Assembly: GCA_052279835.1 (NCBI GenBank)
Contig: CP181291.1
Coordinates: 3,840,001 to 3,904,000 of the forward strand
Reading direction: 5' to 3'
Origin: Microcoleus sp.
GTDB taxonomy: Bacteria; Cyanobacteriota; Cyanobacteriia; Cyanobacteriales; Microcoleaceae
DNA length: 64,000 nucleotides
Below are positions 9,593 to 20,536 of the stretch, one piece after another (the first letter of the stretch is position 1; every line of letters starts with the position of its first letter). Under the pieces are notes generated by a model. That model was given only the letters and a program-made list of their open reading frames with translations. It was not told where the DNA came from and ran no database searches. The position numbers were made by a program, and so were the translations under genes.

Positions 9593-10990
9593 ATGAATTC
9601 TGTTGATGTGGCTTTTACTCCAGCTCTGGAATTGGCGAAGTCGATCCGCGATCGAGAGGTGTCCCCCCTGGAACTTGTCAATGTTTACTTGGAACGGATC
9701 GATCGCCTAAACCCCAAACTAGGCAGTTATTTTACAGTCACAGCCGATCGGGCTCAAGCCCTAGCTAAATCTCAAACCGAACAACTAGCTGGCTTGAATA
9801 AATCACAAGAATTGCCACCTTTCTTCGGAGTGCCGATCGCGATCAAAGACTTAACACCAGTCACCGGCATTCCCTGTACCTATGGCACTCAGGCTCTTGT
9901 CGATAATATCTCAGCCTACGATGAATCAGTAGTATGGCGGATCAAAGCAGCCGGATTTAACATTCTGGGCAAAACAGCAACTTCTCAAATTGGCTCATTA
10001 CCTTACACCGAACCCCCAGGTTTCCGCCCAGCGCGCAATCCCTGGAACCGAGACTACACGCCAGGAGGTTCCAGTGGTGGCTCAGCGGCGGCTGTAGCAG
10101 CAGGTTTATGCGCGATCGCCCAGGGTTCAGATGGCGGCGGTTCGGTTCGAGGTCCAGCTTCCTGCTGCGGTTTAGTGGGCATTAAACCCTCACGGGGACG
10201 AGTTTCCTGGGCCCCTGTCGGAGATTATCTCAGTGGCATTTCTGCCAACGGTCCTCTCGCCCGCACAGTCGCTGATGCGGCCGCCCTGTTGGATGTCATG
10301 TCAGGCTACACCACGGGCGATCCTTATTGGCTTCCAGATCCAAGTCCCACATTTTTAGAGTCAGCAAGTCAAAAGTTAGGCAAGTTGCGAATTGCTTTTT
10401 CCACCTCTGTTTTCCCTGTGGGCGAGGCTGCGGATGTGTGTCAACAAGCCGTACTTGATACCGTAAAGTTACTCACTGATTTAGGTCACGATGTGGAACC
10501 TGGATGCCCGGATTTTACGGGTTTGATCGAGCCGTTTACAGCCATTTGGCAGACGGGAGCGGCTGCAAGTGGCATTCCAGCCTCTGTTTTGCAACCGATG
10601 AATCGCTGGTTGTTGGAAAGATCTATTTCGGCTGGGGAATATTTGCGGGCTGTGCATCAAATCCAGGTAGTTTCACGGCGGATTGTGGGATTCTTTGAAA
10701 AATTTGATGTGTTAGTTTTGCCGACTTATATGCACTCGCCGATTCAGATTGGTGAGTGGGCGGATTTGAGTTGTGAAGAAACTTTGGCTAATATTATTAA
10801 TTGGATTGCTCCTTGTCCACCGTTTAATGCTAGTGGCCAACCGGCGATCGCACTTCCGGCCATTTTAGATAGTAACGGTTTGCCTGTGGGAATTCAAATT
10901 ATCGGTCGGCCGGCGGCGGAAGCTACTTTAATTGCTTTGGCGGCGCAGATGGAAGCGGCGAAACCTTTCCCAGTTTTGGATTTTACCTGA
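9593..10990 (+). CDS. Amidase signature family protein
   Basis: [37 protein letters not shown] catalytic motifs. Confidence 0.93.
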   Translation: MNSVDVAFTPALELAKSIRDREVSPLELVNVYLERIDRLNPKLGSYFTVTADRAQALAKSQTEQLAGLNKSQELPPFFGVPIAIKDLTPVTGIPCTYGTQALVDNISAYDESVVWRIKAAGFNILGKTATSQIGSLPYTEPPGFRPARNPWNRDYTPGGSSGGSAAAVAAGLCAIAQGSDGGGSVRGPASCCGLVGIKPSRGRVSWAPVGDYLSGISANGPLARTVADAAALLDVMSGYTTGDPYWLPDPSPTFLESASQKLGKLRIAFSTSVFPVGEAADVCQQAVLDTVKLLTDLGHDVEPGCPDFTGLIEPFTAIWQTGAAASGIPASVLQPMNRWLLERSISAGEYLRAVHQIQVVSRRIVGFFEKFDVLVLPTYMHSPIQIGEWADLSCEETLANIINWIAPCPPFNASGQPAIALPAILDSNGLPVGIQIIGRPAAEATLIALAAQMEAAKPFPVLDFT

Positions 10991-11054
10991 AGTGGGAAAA
11001 TTTTGAGAATATAGTAGTGATGTATTGGAAAACATCCTCCTATGGTCTATTGAC

Positions 11055-12713
11055 ATGAACATTAAAAAAACTTTCACATGGCTATCCTCCTTGGCGAGTA
11101 TGTCGATCGCGATCGCGATTAACACTTTCAGTGGCACTTTTGCCCCCGCACAAGCGGCGGAAACGGTTGTGGTTCGCAAAGGTTTTTTGGAATCTTCCAT
11201 ATCTGTAGCGGATTTGCGATCCCTTGTGGAAACTGGAAAAGTCCCGGATGGCCTTCAAAGTTACGCCAATCTCCTCTCCTCGGAACAACGGAGTCAAATC
11301 TTTGGAGCTCTCAAAGCCAAAATTCCCCTGAATGTAGTCGGACTCAGCAGCTTGCTGAATACTCGCGTTGGTACTGCGATTCTCGCGGATCTCACCACTG
11401 TCATACCTAGGCGCGACGGTGCCGGTGTCGAAGCACTACGAGCGGCCTTAGTTTTGGGAGCAAATAAGCCTGAAGGTTTGTCGGTATTGAGTTTTATTGA
11501 AAATTATCCGGGGCGACGGGTAGTAGTGGATCTCGATCGCGCTTTTGCGGTGTTGGCCAATTTGAATACTGGTTTCTGGCAAACTCAACGGTTTATGGCG
11601 GCGATCGCACCTCAGTTAGGGGCCAATAAAGCAGCGCTGAATCTGCCCTTTGATGCTAGCCAAGCCGGCCCGAATGCAGTGCAGGTACTCAAGCTAGATT
11701 TAAATGATACCGCGCGCGATCGGCGTATTCCCGTTGACGTTTATTGGTCAAAGGCTGCGACAGCCGACAAGCCGACGATCGTGTTTTCTCACGGTTTGGG
11801 TTCTGTGCGTACAGATTTGCGCTATTTAGCCGAACATTTGGCGTCTCACGGCTATATAGTAGCAGCTTTGGAACATCCGGGAAGCAATGAGGCTAACACT
11901 AATGCTGCGATTGTTGGTCAATCGCGGTTGATAGCTCCTCAAGAGTTTTTGAACCGTCCCAAGGATATCAGTTTTGTCCTCGATGAATTGGCAAAATTGA
12001 ACAAAACAGATGTTAATTTGCAGGGGAAAATTGCGATCGACAAATCCATGGTAATTGGATATTCCTTCGGCGGCGCAACTGCTTTGTCCTTAGCCGGGGC
12101 CCAGATGCAATTGAACCATCTTAAAGAGCGGTGTCGGGCGGATTTGATTACTTTAAGTTTGGGCGAAGGCATTCAGTGCGCGGCCGCCGGATTACCAGAG
12201 GAACGTTATCAATTGCGCGATCCCAGAATTAAAAGGGCGATCGCCATGAATCCTACGACTTCTTTATTATTTGGAGAAACAGGTTTAAGTAAGATAGAAA
12301 TTCCCACATTAATAGTTGCTGCTTCTGCCGATAAAACCACTCCAGCTTTAGTCGAACAAATTGTGGGATTTCCCCAAATTCCCTCTCCCAAATGGCTAGT
12401 TGGGTTTGTGGGCGCAACGCATTTAAGTGTGAAAGACCCCAGTACAACTTTAGATCAAGTTGGTAAGCCGAGTACAGTGATTACCGGTGATGAAGTAGTC
12501 GGCGACAAAGCTGTTAGTATTCGCAATTATATTAAAGCTGTAAGTTTGGCGATGGCGGCTCAAATGACGGTGGATGCTGATAAGTATGCAGTTTTTTTAA
12601 CACCAGATTATGCCCAATTTGCTTCTACACCAGCACTTCCGGTGCGACTGGTGACAGAGATTCCCCCGGAAGCTAATGCAATTGTAAAAAGTTTTATGGA
12701 GCAGAATAAGTAG
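11055..12713 (+). CDS. Secreted alpha/beta hydrolase with N-terminal DUF1400 domain
   Basis: Signal peptide ending APAQA-AE; FSHGLGS, EHPGS, GYSFGG nucleophile elbow, GATH. Confidence 0.88.
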   Translation: MNIKKTFTWLSSLASMSIAIAINTFSGTFAPAQAAETVVVRKGFLESSISVADLRSLVETGKVPDGLQSYANLLSSEQRSQIFGALKAKIPLNVVGLSSLLNTRVGTAILADLTTVIPRRDGAGVEALRAALVLGANKPEGLSVLSFIENYPGRRVVVDLDRAFAVLANLNTGFWQTQRFMAAIAPQLGANKAALNLPFDASQAGPNAVQVLKLDLNDTARDRRIPVDVYWSKAATADKPTIVFSHGLGSVRTDLRYLAEHLASHGYIVAALEHPGSNEANTNAAIVGQSRLIAPQEFLNRPKDISFVLDELAKLNKTDVNLQGKIAIDKSMVIGYSFGGATALSLAGAQMQLNHLKERCRADLITLSLGEGIQCAAAGLPEERYQLRDPRIKRAIAMNPTTSLLFGETGLSKIEIPTLIVAASADKTTPALVEQIVGFPQIPSPKWLVGFVGATHLSVKDPSTTLDQVGKPSTVITGDEVVGDKAVSIRNYIKAVSLAMAAQMTVDADKYAVFLTPDYAQFASTPALPVRLVTEIPPEANAIVKSFMEQNK

Positions 12714-12724
12714 GGCCTAGGGAA

Positions 12725-12765
12725 CTTCTGCTGCCCTTCTATCCTTAGTCGAAGGGTAGTAGAAG
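12725..12765 (+). terminator. Hairpin downstream of the hydrolase, possible terminator
   Basis: CTTCTGCTGCCCTTC ... GAAGGGTAGTAGAAG stem with G-U pairs; no U-tract. Confidence 0.4.
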
Positions 12766-12832
12766 CATACCTAACAAAGCTTGAGAACCGCTCCGGTTAC
12801 ATCGGAATGATTTAACCTTACTAGAACGCAGA

Positions 12833-12953
12833 GAGTGCATCTCAATTTTTCAAATATATTCGTAGGGGCGAAGCATGACCGCTGTAAATCTCTGGTTATC
12901 ACTAATAAATTGTCGGCGGTCATGCTTCGCCTATGCCAAATCGGGATGCTCCC
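12833..12953. mobile_element. Second, inverted copy of the 121-bp MITE with 8-bp TSD AACGCAGA, nested inside another repeat element (about 12793-13016)
   Basis: AACGCAGA at 12825-12832 and 12954-12961; left TIR degenerate (GAGTGCATCTCAATTTTTCA). Confidence 0.85.
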
Positions 12954-13039
12954 AACGCAGAGAACACAGAGGGAAATAAGAGAGATGAATACAGACGATA
13001 CCACCGGATTTGATATAACAAATAACAAATAACCAATAA

Positions 13040-14482
13040 CTAAAAAAATTGTTTGAGATTTTGGGCCGCTTGGTTAAGATTTTGAGTAGTAAATTTGGTG
13101 TGAGCAACCCCACTGGATGTTTGTGTAGAACCTTGATTAATTTGTCTCATTGCTTCCACTACTTGCTCCACTGCTAATGCTTGTTGCTGTGCAGTCAAAG
13201 AAATTTGTTGAGTGCTAACTGCAATGTTGTTGATGGCATTTGCTACATCGCTGAAGGCTTTTGCTGTACCTTGAGCTAGCTGCATTCCTTCATCTACGGT
13301 TTGCGTGCCTTCTGATGTTACTTTGGCTGTAGTATTGATCGCTTTTTGAATATCCGTGACGAGGTTGTTGATGTTTTCCGCTGATTCTTTGCTGCGATCG
13401 GCTAACAATCTAATTTCTCCTGCAATCACTGCAAAACCTCTACCGTTTTCGCCGGCGCGGACGGCCTCTACTGCTGCATTTAGGGCTAGCATATTCGTTT
13501 GGCTGGCAAATTCGCTGACTAAATAGGCAATATTTGCAATTTGTTTAGTTTGGGCGTTTAATTGGAGAATTTGGGCTGCGATCGCTTCTACTTTTTCTTT
13601 TAATAGAGTCATTCCTTCTAAAGTACGGATTACTGCTTCGGTTCCTCCTTCAGCTAAATTTAATGCTTTAAGTGCTCCGGTTACTGCTGATTCTGCTTGC
13701 TCCGCCGTAGTTTTGGAGGATGCCCCCAACTCTTCCATTGTCACACTGGTTTCATTGACTGCGGCTGACTGCTGACTAGCAATGGCTTCTTGCTGTTCGA
13801 CAGTAGCGACAATTTCCACCGCAGAATCGGCGATCGCCACGGCTGTTAGATCGATAATTCTGACAATTTTAGAGGCGATGACAAAACCCAGCCTCAAAGA
13901 AGTCAATGCAGACAAAGCAGTACCGATGACAATGATAGTAAACAGCCACGTAGTCTCGTCTTGTTCTGCTTTGTACGCTGCGGCTAAAAAGGCTTGTTGT
14001 TCTGCCAGCAGCCGTTCTTGTGCTGATTCAATTTCTTTTGATCTCAGGGAACTTGTGAGATTTTTAGCAGATAAATTATTACCTGTTTTTAACAAATCAA
14101 ACACTTTTCTAGAATTAATATCAAGCTTTGTTATTTCCGATTTTATGCGTTCAAATTCCTCTTTTTCATGAGGATTAGTCAGAATATTTTGTAATTCGGA
14201 TGAGGAAGTTAAATAAATATTCCATCCAGCTTCATAGCTGGTTATGTAGCTTGGATCTTCGGGAAACAGCACGGCTCCCCTCACATTTCTGAGCATTCTA
14301 GAGAAACCACTATTTAAACGTTCGGCGCTGATAATAGTATTTTGAGAACGCCTGACAGTTGCTGACAAGTTTTCTCTCCGCATTGCCATCTTATAAGTAA
14401 ATAGGCTTAATACTATCAAAGAAATAATTGGTAAAAGGTATCCAATCAGGATCGAGTTTCTCAGTTTTAACTTAGAAAACAT
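13040..14482 (-). CDS. Methyl-accepting chemotaxis protein with CHASE3-like periplasmic four-helix sensor
   Basis: Two TM helices; [37 protein letters not shown] hairpin tip. Confidence 0.93.
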   Translation of the reverse strand: MFSKLKLRNSILIGYLLPIISLIVLSLFTYKMAMRRENLSATVRRSQNTIISAERLNSGFSRMLRNVRGAVLFPEDPSYITSYEAGWNIYLTSSSELQNILTNPHEKEEFERIKSEITKLDINSRKVFDLLKTGNNLSAKNLTSSLRSKEIESAQERLLAEQQAFLAAAYKAEQDETTWLFTIIVIGTALSALTSLRLGFVIASKIVRIIDLTAVAIADSAVEIVATVEQQEAIASQQSAAVNETSVTMEELGASSKTTAEQAESAVTGALKALNLAEGGTEAVIRTLEGMTLLKEKVEAIAAQILQLNAQTKQIANIAYLVSEFASQTNMLALNAAVEAVRAGENGRGFAVIAGEIRLLADRSKESAENINNLVTDIQKAINTTAKVTSEGTQTVDEGMQLAQGTAKAFSDVANAINNIAVSTQQISLTAQQQALAVEQVVEAMRQINQGSTQTSSGVAHTKFTTQNLNQAAQNLKQFF

Positions 14483-14582
14483 AATTTTTAACTGGGCAGG
14501 CACACCCTAGTGATATTTTCTGGCTGTTAAAGGGCAAAATATATATATCAAGCACTTTGAAAAAGTCTACTCCAAAATTGCT

Positions 14583-14807
14583 ATGGCTAAAAGAAACTTC
14601 ATCCCACTGTTACTATTGGTAACAGCACTGTTTATCATCTACGGTGACAGTTGGACTTTTCTCCCCAAACCTGCAAGGGATGCCAGCGTGACAAGTCGAA
14701 AATTCGTAGTCGGGTTGTGGCCATCATGGCTCAAACCCAAGGATTTCAACCAACAAAGACAACGGGATATCGATCAACTGCAAAAAAGCCCTAGTCCCAA
14801 CCGTTGA
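14583..14807 (+). CDS. Small membrane-anchored hypothetical protein
   Basis: 74 aa with N-terminal hydrophobic helix followed by YGDSWTFLPKP...GLWPSWLKPK. Confidence 0.7.
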   Translation: MAKRNFIPLLLLVTALFIIYGDSWTFLPKPARDASVTSRKFVVGLWPSWLKPKDFNQQRQRDIDQLQKSPSPNR

Positions 14808-14884
14808 GGACAAAACAGGATTTATATTAACTGGGATTCAGTGAGACATCCTTACGGAGCTAGGGAGCTGAGGGATTGGGGCTA

Positions 14885-15010
14885 GGTTATTGGTTAGTTG
14901 TTATTGGTTAGTTGTTATTGGTTATTAGTTATTTGTTATTATAATAACTAACTAATCACAAACGATAGATAACAAATAACCCAGAATAACTAACTAACAA
15001 CCTATAACTG
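14885..15010. repeat. Short tandem heptamer-type repeats (TTATTGG/TTAGTTG) followed by their complement, between convergent genes
   Basis: Read directly; could fold into an imperfect long hairpin. Confidence 0.6.
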
Positions 15011-15031
15011 ATGCCCCTAATCTTTCACCTT

Positions 15032-16027
15032 TTAGTGCTTTTTCAACCAGCTAAACATGGCGCGCAAATCTTTGCCGACTTCTTCGATAGGATGTTCTGC
15101 TTCCTGACGGCGCATAGAAGTAAATCCTGGTTTGCCAGCTTGGTTTTCCAGAACGAATTCGCGGGCAAATTGGCCAGATTGAATTTCGCTGAGAATTTTC
15201 CGCATTTCAGCGCGGGTTTGATCGGTGACGATGCGGGGACCACGAGTCAAGTCGCCGTATTCTGCGGTGTTGGAGATGCTATCGCGCATTTTGGCAAGTC
15301 CTCCTTCCACTACTAAGTCAACAATCAGTTTGACTTCATGCAAGCATTCAAAATAAGCTAATTCTGGTTGGTATCCGGCATCAACTAAGGTTTCAAATCC
15401 AGCTTTGATCAGCGCACTTAAACCACCGCACAAAACTACTTGTTCGCCAAAAAGATCGGTTTCGGTTTCTTCGCGGAAGCTGGTTTCCAGGATGCCTGCT
15501 CTGGTGCCGCCGATACCTTTAGCATAGGCCATTGCCCGATCGCGCGCTTGACCAGAAGCATCTTGATAGATAGCAAACAAGCTAGGAACACCTTCTCCCT
15601 GTTCGTAAGTCCGCCGCACCAAGTGTCCGGGGCCTTTGGGAGCAACCATCACCACGTCTACATCGGCGGGGGGCACAACTTGACCGAAATGAATGTTAAA
15701 ACCGTGGGCAAATGCCAGAACTTTTCCGGCGGAAAGATGGGGTTCAATGTGTTCTTTGTAAACGGTTTTTTGTACTTCATCTGGCAACAAAATCATGATG
15801 AAGTCAGCCGCTGCTGCTGCTTTGTCTACTGGGTGAACCGTTAAACCGGCTTCGGTGGCTTTGGCTGCCGATTTGCTACCGGGATACAAGCCGACAATCA
15901 CGTTCATCCCACTGTCTTTGAGGTTGAGGGCGTGGGCGTGTCCTTGGGAGCCGTAACCGACAATGGCAATGGTTTTGTTGGCTAATAGGTCTAGGTTAGC
16001 GTCGGTGTCGTAATACATACGGGCCAT
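15032..16027 (-). CDS. ilvC: Ketol-acid reductoisomerase
   Basis: [52 protein letters not shown]. Confidence 0.98.
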   Translation of the reverse strand: MARMYYDTDANLDLLANKTIAIVGYGSQGHAHALNLKDSGMNVIVGLYPGSKSAAKATEAGLTVHPVDKAAAAADFIMILLPDEVQKTVYKEHIEPHLSAGKVLAFAHGFNIHFGQVVPPADVDVVMVAPKGPGHLVRRTYEQGEGVPSLFAIYQDASGQARDRAMAYAKGIGGTRAGILETSFREETETDLFGEQVVLCGGLSALIKAGFETLVDAGYQPELAYFECLHEVKLIVDLVVEGGLAKMRDSISNTAEYGDLTRGPRIVTDQTRAEMRKILSEIQSGQFAREFVLENQAGKPGFTSMRRQEAEHPIEEVGKDLRAMFSWLKKH

Positions 16028-16251
16028 AGTAGTTGTCTCCTGCGGTAAAAATATTGTAATTGACTGCAAACCTTTAATCTTATCAAAATTCGTACCTATT
16101 TATATAAAAATTTATGGATTAAAATTTATACTAGAGAAAATAAAAGGCGATCGCCCTTAATTTGGGATTGGTTACGTCGCAGGTTGTTAAGGTCAAATAT
16201 AATCGTCAATGCTGTGGTATCTTAAACAGGCGATCGGCTACTTTTTTAACT

Positions 16252-16638
16252 ATGAAAATCACGGGAATACATCATGTGGCGATTATTTGCTCAGATTACG
16301 AAGCATCCAAGAAATTTTATGTAGAAGTATTGGGATGTTCCATCATCCAAGAAACTTTCCGAACCGAGAGGAATTCCTACAAGCTAGATTTGCAATTGGC
16401 AAACGGCGGGGCGATCGAGCTTTTTTCCTTTTCTCATCCTCCTGCAAGGGTCAACAATCCTGAAGCTTGCGGTTTAAGGCATTTAGCTTTTGCAGTTGAG
16501 GATATCAAACAATCAATTGCTGATTTAAACTCTCATAATATCGATGTCGAAGAAATTCGCATCGACGAGATTACAGGAAAGCGGTTTACCTTTTTTCGGG
16601 ACCCCGATAATTTACCATTAGAAATTTATGAAATTTAG
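16252..16638 (+). CDS. VOC/glyoxalase family protein (YaeR-like)
   Basis: IHHVAIICSDYEASKKFY, GLRHLAF, FTFFRDPDNLPLEIYE. Confidence 0.9.
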   Translation: MKITGIHHVAIICSDYEASKKFYVEVLGCSIIQETFRTERNSYKLDLQLANGGAIELFSFSHPPARVNNPEACGLRHLAFAVEDIKQSIADLNSHNIDVEEIRIDEITGKRFTFFRDPDNLPLEIYEI

Positions 16639-16675
16639 AGCGATCGCCCCGATCGCCCTTGTTACCTAAAACAGG

Positions 16676-17197
16676 TTAATATCCTTCCGGGCCAATGGTA
16701 GTACGATCGCACTCAGCGTCAGATAAATCTCCCAAACGCGATCGAAATAAATTACACCCAGCTAATTGAGCTTTGGTGAATTTGGCATTTTCCAAATTAG
16801 TTCTGCTTAAATCAGCATTTCTCAAATCTGCATAGCTCAAATCTGCATTGTACAAATTCGCACCTTGCAAATTAGCTTTCTGTAAATTCGCACCTTGCAA
16901 ATTCGCGTGGCGCAAATTAGCTCTTGACAAATTAGCACCAGACAAGTTCGCTTCAGACAAATTGGCTTGATAAAGTTGAGTGTCACCCAATTCAGCATCT
17001 TGAAACTGAGTTTGAGAAAAATTAGCTTGAGTCAGATTTCCGTAGGGTAAATAAATTTGCCTCAAGTCGCTGCCAGAAAGATTGATTTCTTGCAAATCAG
17101 CTTGAAACAAGTTATTTTCACTTAAATCTACGGCGTCAAAGTTTCGCTTGCCCTCAGAATACTGAGCCAGCAATTCCTTAGCGCTTAGCTTTTGCAT
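16676..17197 (-). CDS. Pentapeptide repeat protein
   Basis: ELLAQYSEGKRNF N-cap followed by A(N/D)LxX repeats. Confidence 0.92.
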   Translation of the reverse strand: MQKLSAKELLAQYSEGKRNFDAVDLSENNLFQADLQEINLSGSDLRQIYLPYGNLTQANFSQTQFQDAELGDTQLYQANLSEANLSGANLSRANLRHANLQGANLQKANLQGANLYNADLSYADLRNADLSRTNLENAKFTKAQLAGCNLFRSRLGDLSDAECDRTTIGPEGY

Positions 17198-17419
17198 TTT
17201 TACCCCTTTATGACTACAGCTAGTGCTGCCCATCCATTAGAATAATTAATAGATGTTACTCTGCGTATTTATACTTATGGATTCCCTTATGTTAAGCTTG
17301 TGTAACAACGATCGCATTTTTTCTAAGATTTTTTTTATATTTGTCCATTTATACGCTGCTAGTAAGTAGTTTGTAATGTCAAGATCAAATCAGCAACCAA
17401 AGAGGCTCCGACTCTGACT

Positions 17420-18958
17420 ATGCCAGAAACTCCAGTATCCATTGCTCAGCACTACCACCAACGGACAAAATATGACCCTGAAACCATTGCTGCCAAAAGC
17501 AGACAGCTAGACTGGGAAGAGCAACCTGTTCCTTTCAAAGAATATAAAATAGGAGCATATTTTGACCTCAAGCCCTATCTCAAAGAGACTTCACAGGAGT
17601 CCCCGGCAGATTCTGATAGCAGTTGGTGGTATCGATTGTCCAACTTCCTGTTGTGCAGCTACGGTTTAACGGCCAAAGTGTCCACCATGGATGGGAGCCC
17701 GCTGTATTTGCGATCGGCACCGTCGGCTGGGGGGCTTTACCCCGCAGAGGTTTATTTAATCTCCCGTGGCACTAAGTATTTGCCAGCCGGACTTTACAAT
17801 TATCAAGCGAGAACTCATTCCCTAGTTCACTTTTGGGATAGCGAAGTTTGGCTGGCTCTGCAAGCGGCTTGTTTTTGGTCGCCAGCCTTAGAAGATACCA
17901 AATTGGCACTAGCAATTACCAATGTCTTTTTCCGTTCTTCTTGGCGCTACGAAGACCGAGCTTATAGACGAATTTTCCTAGATACAGGTCATTTATTGAG
18001 CAACATCGAATTAGCTGCGGCACTCAATGATTATCGACCTCACCTGATTGGAGGATTCGCAGATGAAGCCATCAATCAATTGCTTTACATAGACTCCAAG
18101 CAAGAAGGAGCAATCTGTGTAGTTGCTGTAGCGGACTTGCTAGATATCAACCAAAACTTACCAAGATTCAGAACAGCTTTACCTGGAAGAAGCACCACAG
18201 ATTATCCGCACATTCCCGAAGGTCAACTGCTAGAATACCTCCATCAAGCTACACAGTTGGATTCCGATACGACAGGTACGGATGGGTGGAAATTGAATGA
18301 AATTGAAGAGGGAATAGAAGATAAATATAACTTCCCATTTTGTACTAAAGTATCGACGGTGACTCCTTCGATTAGTTGGGGATTTCACTTAGATAATTTA
18401 GAGAATACAATTCTGAAACGGCGTTCGACTCGTTCCTATACAGGTGCTTCCTTGAGCTTGGCAGAACTGCTAGCCCTGCTGGATTTTACTTATCAGCCAC
18501 ATCACTACACTGACCAAGGATTAGACGGTTATCCTGACTATTTCGATTTGAGTTTAATCGAGACTTTTGTAGCAGTTTCTGCCGTGAATGGTCTCGAAGA
18601 AGGCTGTTATTATTATGCTCCGAAAGCTCAAGAGTTGCGACAAATTAGGTTTAAGAATTTCCGTAGGGAGTTGCACTATTTGTGCTTGGGCCAAGAATTA
18701 GGAAGAGATGCGGCGGTTTTGTTGTTTCATACGGCGGATTTAAAGAAGGCGGTGGCTAAATATGGCGATCGCGTTTACCGTTATTTGCACATGGATGCGG
18801 GTCATTTGGGCCAGCGGCTGAATTTGGCGGCGATTCAATTGCGTTTGGGTGTGAGTGGGATTGCCGGATTTTTTGATGATAAGGTAAATGAGGTTTTGGG
18901 AATTCCCGCTGATGAAGCAGTGCTTTATATTACTACTTTGGGTAGGCCTAGATCTTGA
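17420..18958 (+). CDS. SagB/ThcOx-type tandem nitroreductase-fold dehydrogenase
   Basis: YHQRTKY, RSAPSAGGLYPAEVY, RRSTRSY, YGDRVYRYLHMDAGHLGQ. Confidence 0.9.
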   Translation: MPETPVSIAQHYHQRTKYDPETIAAKSRQLDWEEQPVPFKEYKIGAYFDLKPYLKETSQESPADSDSSWWYRLSNFLLCSYGLTAKVSTMDGSPLYLRSAPSAGGLYPAEVYLISRGTKYLPAGLYNYQARTHSLVHFWDSEVWLALQAACFWSPALEDTKLALAITNVFFRSSWRYEDRAYRRIFLDTGHLLSNIELAAALNDYRPHLIGGFADEAINQLLYIDSKQEGAICVVAVADLLDINQNLPRFRTALPGRSTTDYPHIPEGQLLEYLHQATQLDSDTTGTDGWKLNEIEEGIEDKYNFPFCTKVSTVTPSISWGFHLDNLENTILKRRSTRSYTGASLSLAELLALLDFTYQPHHYTDQGLDGYPDYFDLSLIETFVAVSAVNGLEEGCYYYAPKAQELRQIRFKNFRRELHYLCLGQELGRDAAVLLFHTADLKKAVAKYGDRVYRYLHMDAGHLGQRLNLAAIQLRLGVSGIAGFFDDKVNEVLGIPADEAVLYITTLGRPRS

Positions 18959-19002
18959 TGTTAGTTGTTAAGTAGATGAGTGGGAAAATAGATAAGTATG
19001 TG

Positions 19003-19179
19003 ATGGGTAATTGGTAATTGGTAATTGGTAATGGGTAATTGGTAATTGGTAATGGGTAATGGGTAATAGGTAATAGGTAATTGGTAATTGGTAATTGGTA
19101 ATTGGTAATGGGTAATTGGTAATGGGTAATGGGTAATTGGTAATGGGTAATTGGTAATGGGTAATTGGTAATGGGTAAT
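19003..19179. repeat. Heptamer STRR array (GGTAATT/GGTAATG)n, about 25 units
   Basis: Read directly. Confidence 0.95.
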
Positions 19180-19393
19180 TGGTGTCAACTTAACCTCAAA
19201 CCTAATACCGGTCTGCTGTTTGACTATTAAATCTAGATCCCCCCTAGCCCCCCTTAAGAAGGGGGGAACAAGAGTTTTCTCTTTCGTCCCCCTTCCCCCC
19301 TTGGGGGGGGCTAGGGGGGGGTGGGGATTTAGGGGGATCTAGACTCGGCTATGAACGAGAGATACAAAGGCTTTCAGGTGATTGTTGACACTA
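19180..19393. mobile_element. About 214-bp MITE (ends TGGTGTCAAC / GTTGACACTA) carrying CCCCCCTAGCCCCCCTTAAGAAGGGGGG hairpin repeats
   Basis: Imperfect TIRs; ATGGGTAAT at 19171-19179 and 19394-19402 (possible TSD, but inside an STRR); same internal motif at 58939-59024. Confidence 0.65.
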
Positions 19394-19543
19394 ATGGGTA
19401 ATGCCCTATGCCCTTCCCCCCCAGGGGGCAGAGCTCTTTCATTCTCCAAAAAACGATGATTTTGTAGGGGCGGTGGATGGTGCGTGGCCACCCTCATGGC
19501 CTATTGAGAAAGGCTATATATTTGTTGGGAAAAAATAGGATTC

Positions 19544-19577
19544 AAAAAATAACCCTGACTTGGAAAATAGTCAGGGT
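19544..19577 (-). terminator. Intrinsic terminator at the trailer end of the CRISPR array
   Basis: ACCCTGACT / AGTCAGGGT 9-bp stem followed by a T-run on the minus strand. Confidence 0.7.
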
Positions 19578-19583
19578 AAGTTA

Positions 19584-20056
19584 GTTTCTATTCAATTAGT
19601 TTCCCTAGCGAGTAGAGACCATTTCGTGTGCTTGGTGTAACGCTTGCCGTTGCCAGTTTCCATTCAATTAGTTTCCCTAGCGAGTAGGGAGTATTTCCAC
19701 TTTGAAAAACTTGGGTGTAACTAAGATTAAGGGTTTCCATTCAATTAGTTTCCCTAGCGAGTAGGGAGCAATTTAACAGCGGTAGCCGCATATCATCCGC
19801 ATGTTTCCATTCAATTAGTTTCCCTAGCGAGTAGGGAGTTAATGATACTCTTGAAGGTGGAGCCGGAAATGATGTTTCCATTCAATTAGTTTCCCTAGCG
19901 AGTAGGGAGTGGTAAGCTACGAAGTTGGGATTGTCAACCTACAGCAGCGTTTCCATTCAATTAGTTTCCCTAGCGAGTAGGGAGATTCAGACCTTTCTGA
20001 TTGTATGTCTGTCCAGAAAAGTTTCCATTCAATTAGTTTCCCTAGCGAGTAGGGAG
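19584..20056 (-). CRISPR. CRISPR array of 7 repeats (36 bp, CTCCCTACTCGCTAGGGAAACTAATTGAATGGAAAC) and 6 spacers (36, 41, 34, 35, 39, 36 bp); no cas genes in the window
   Basis: Repeats start at 19584 (degenerate, trailer), 19656, 19733, 19803, 19874, 19949 and 20021; CCCTA..TAGGG stem and AATGGAAAC 3' end; resembles cyanobacterial type III-linked repeats (inference). Confidence 0.98.
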
Positions 20057-20240
20057 TGTTCGCCGCAGAGACTATACCCCGTAAGGGATTCAGCCATCAA
20101 ATCGACGCACCATCTAAATATAGCATGGGTGAATCACAAAAAGGAGCAAACTATAGGCCTCAAACCCAATCCCCATTAGGCATCGACGCACCTCAACGAA
20201 ATTATAGGGGTTTCAGAGATTCAGCGAGGTGCGTCGATAT
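20057..20240 (-). promoter_or_regulatory. CRISPR leader with three ATCGACGCACC motifs
   Basis: Motif at 20101-20111 and 20182-20194, inverted at 20226-20238; lies opposite the degenerate repeat. Confidence 0.7.
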
Positions 20241-20536
20241 TGGCTTACGTGGCCTCTCAAATGCCTAACTAAGAAGTAGGAAATCAAGGCTAAAATTCAA
20301 TCATAGTAAGAGTTTCATGGATTCATAATTTTAAGAGTGTCGAGAATGTTTCTATCGCATCACCCTAGGGGACAAAATTTGGTGAATTTGCCAAAACTAA
20401 GTAGGTAGGTGCAAATAAACTTTGGTATGTCGCAAAACAATGACCTATTTACCTATTTTCTCGATTTCTTAGTCTGCGGAGGCAGACTTTGTTTGTATAG
20501 ACGCGGTTTCAACCGCCGAATCCCTCGCCGAGTTCC

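Noticed and set aside
14830..14880. Possible small RNA downstream of the 74-aa gene; likewise 30080-30155
   Set aside because: Could not be matched to any RNA family from the sequence alone
17420..18958. SagB-like gene as a sign of an azole RiPP cluster
   Set aside because: No YcaO, precursor or protease nearby; stand-alone copies are common in cyanobacteria
18961..19188. 75-aa ORF of PITNYQL repeats, and the ORFs at 51789-52196
   Set aside because: Translations of heptamer STRR arrays, with no evidence of coding
19925..20268. ORFs over the CRISPR array and leader
   Set aside because: Spurious frames through repeats and leader
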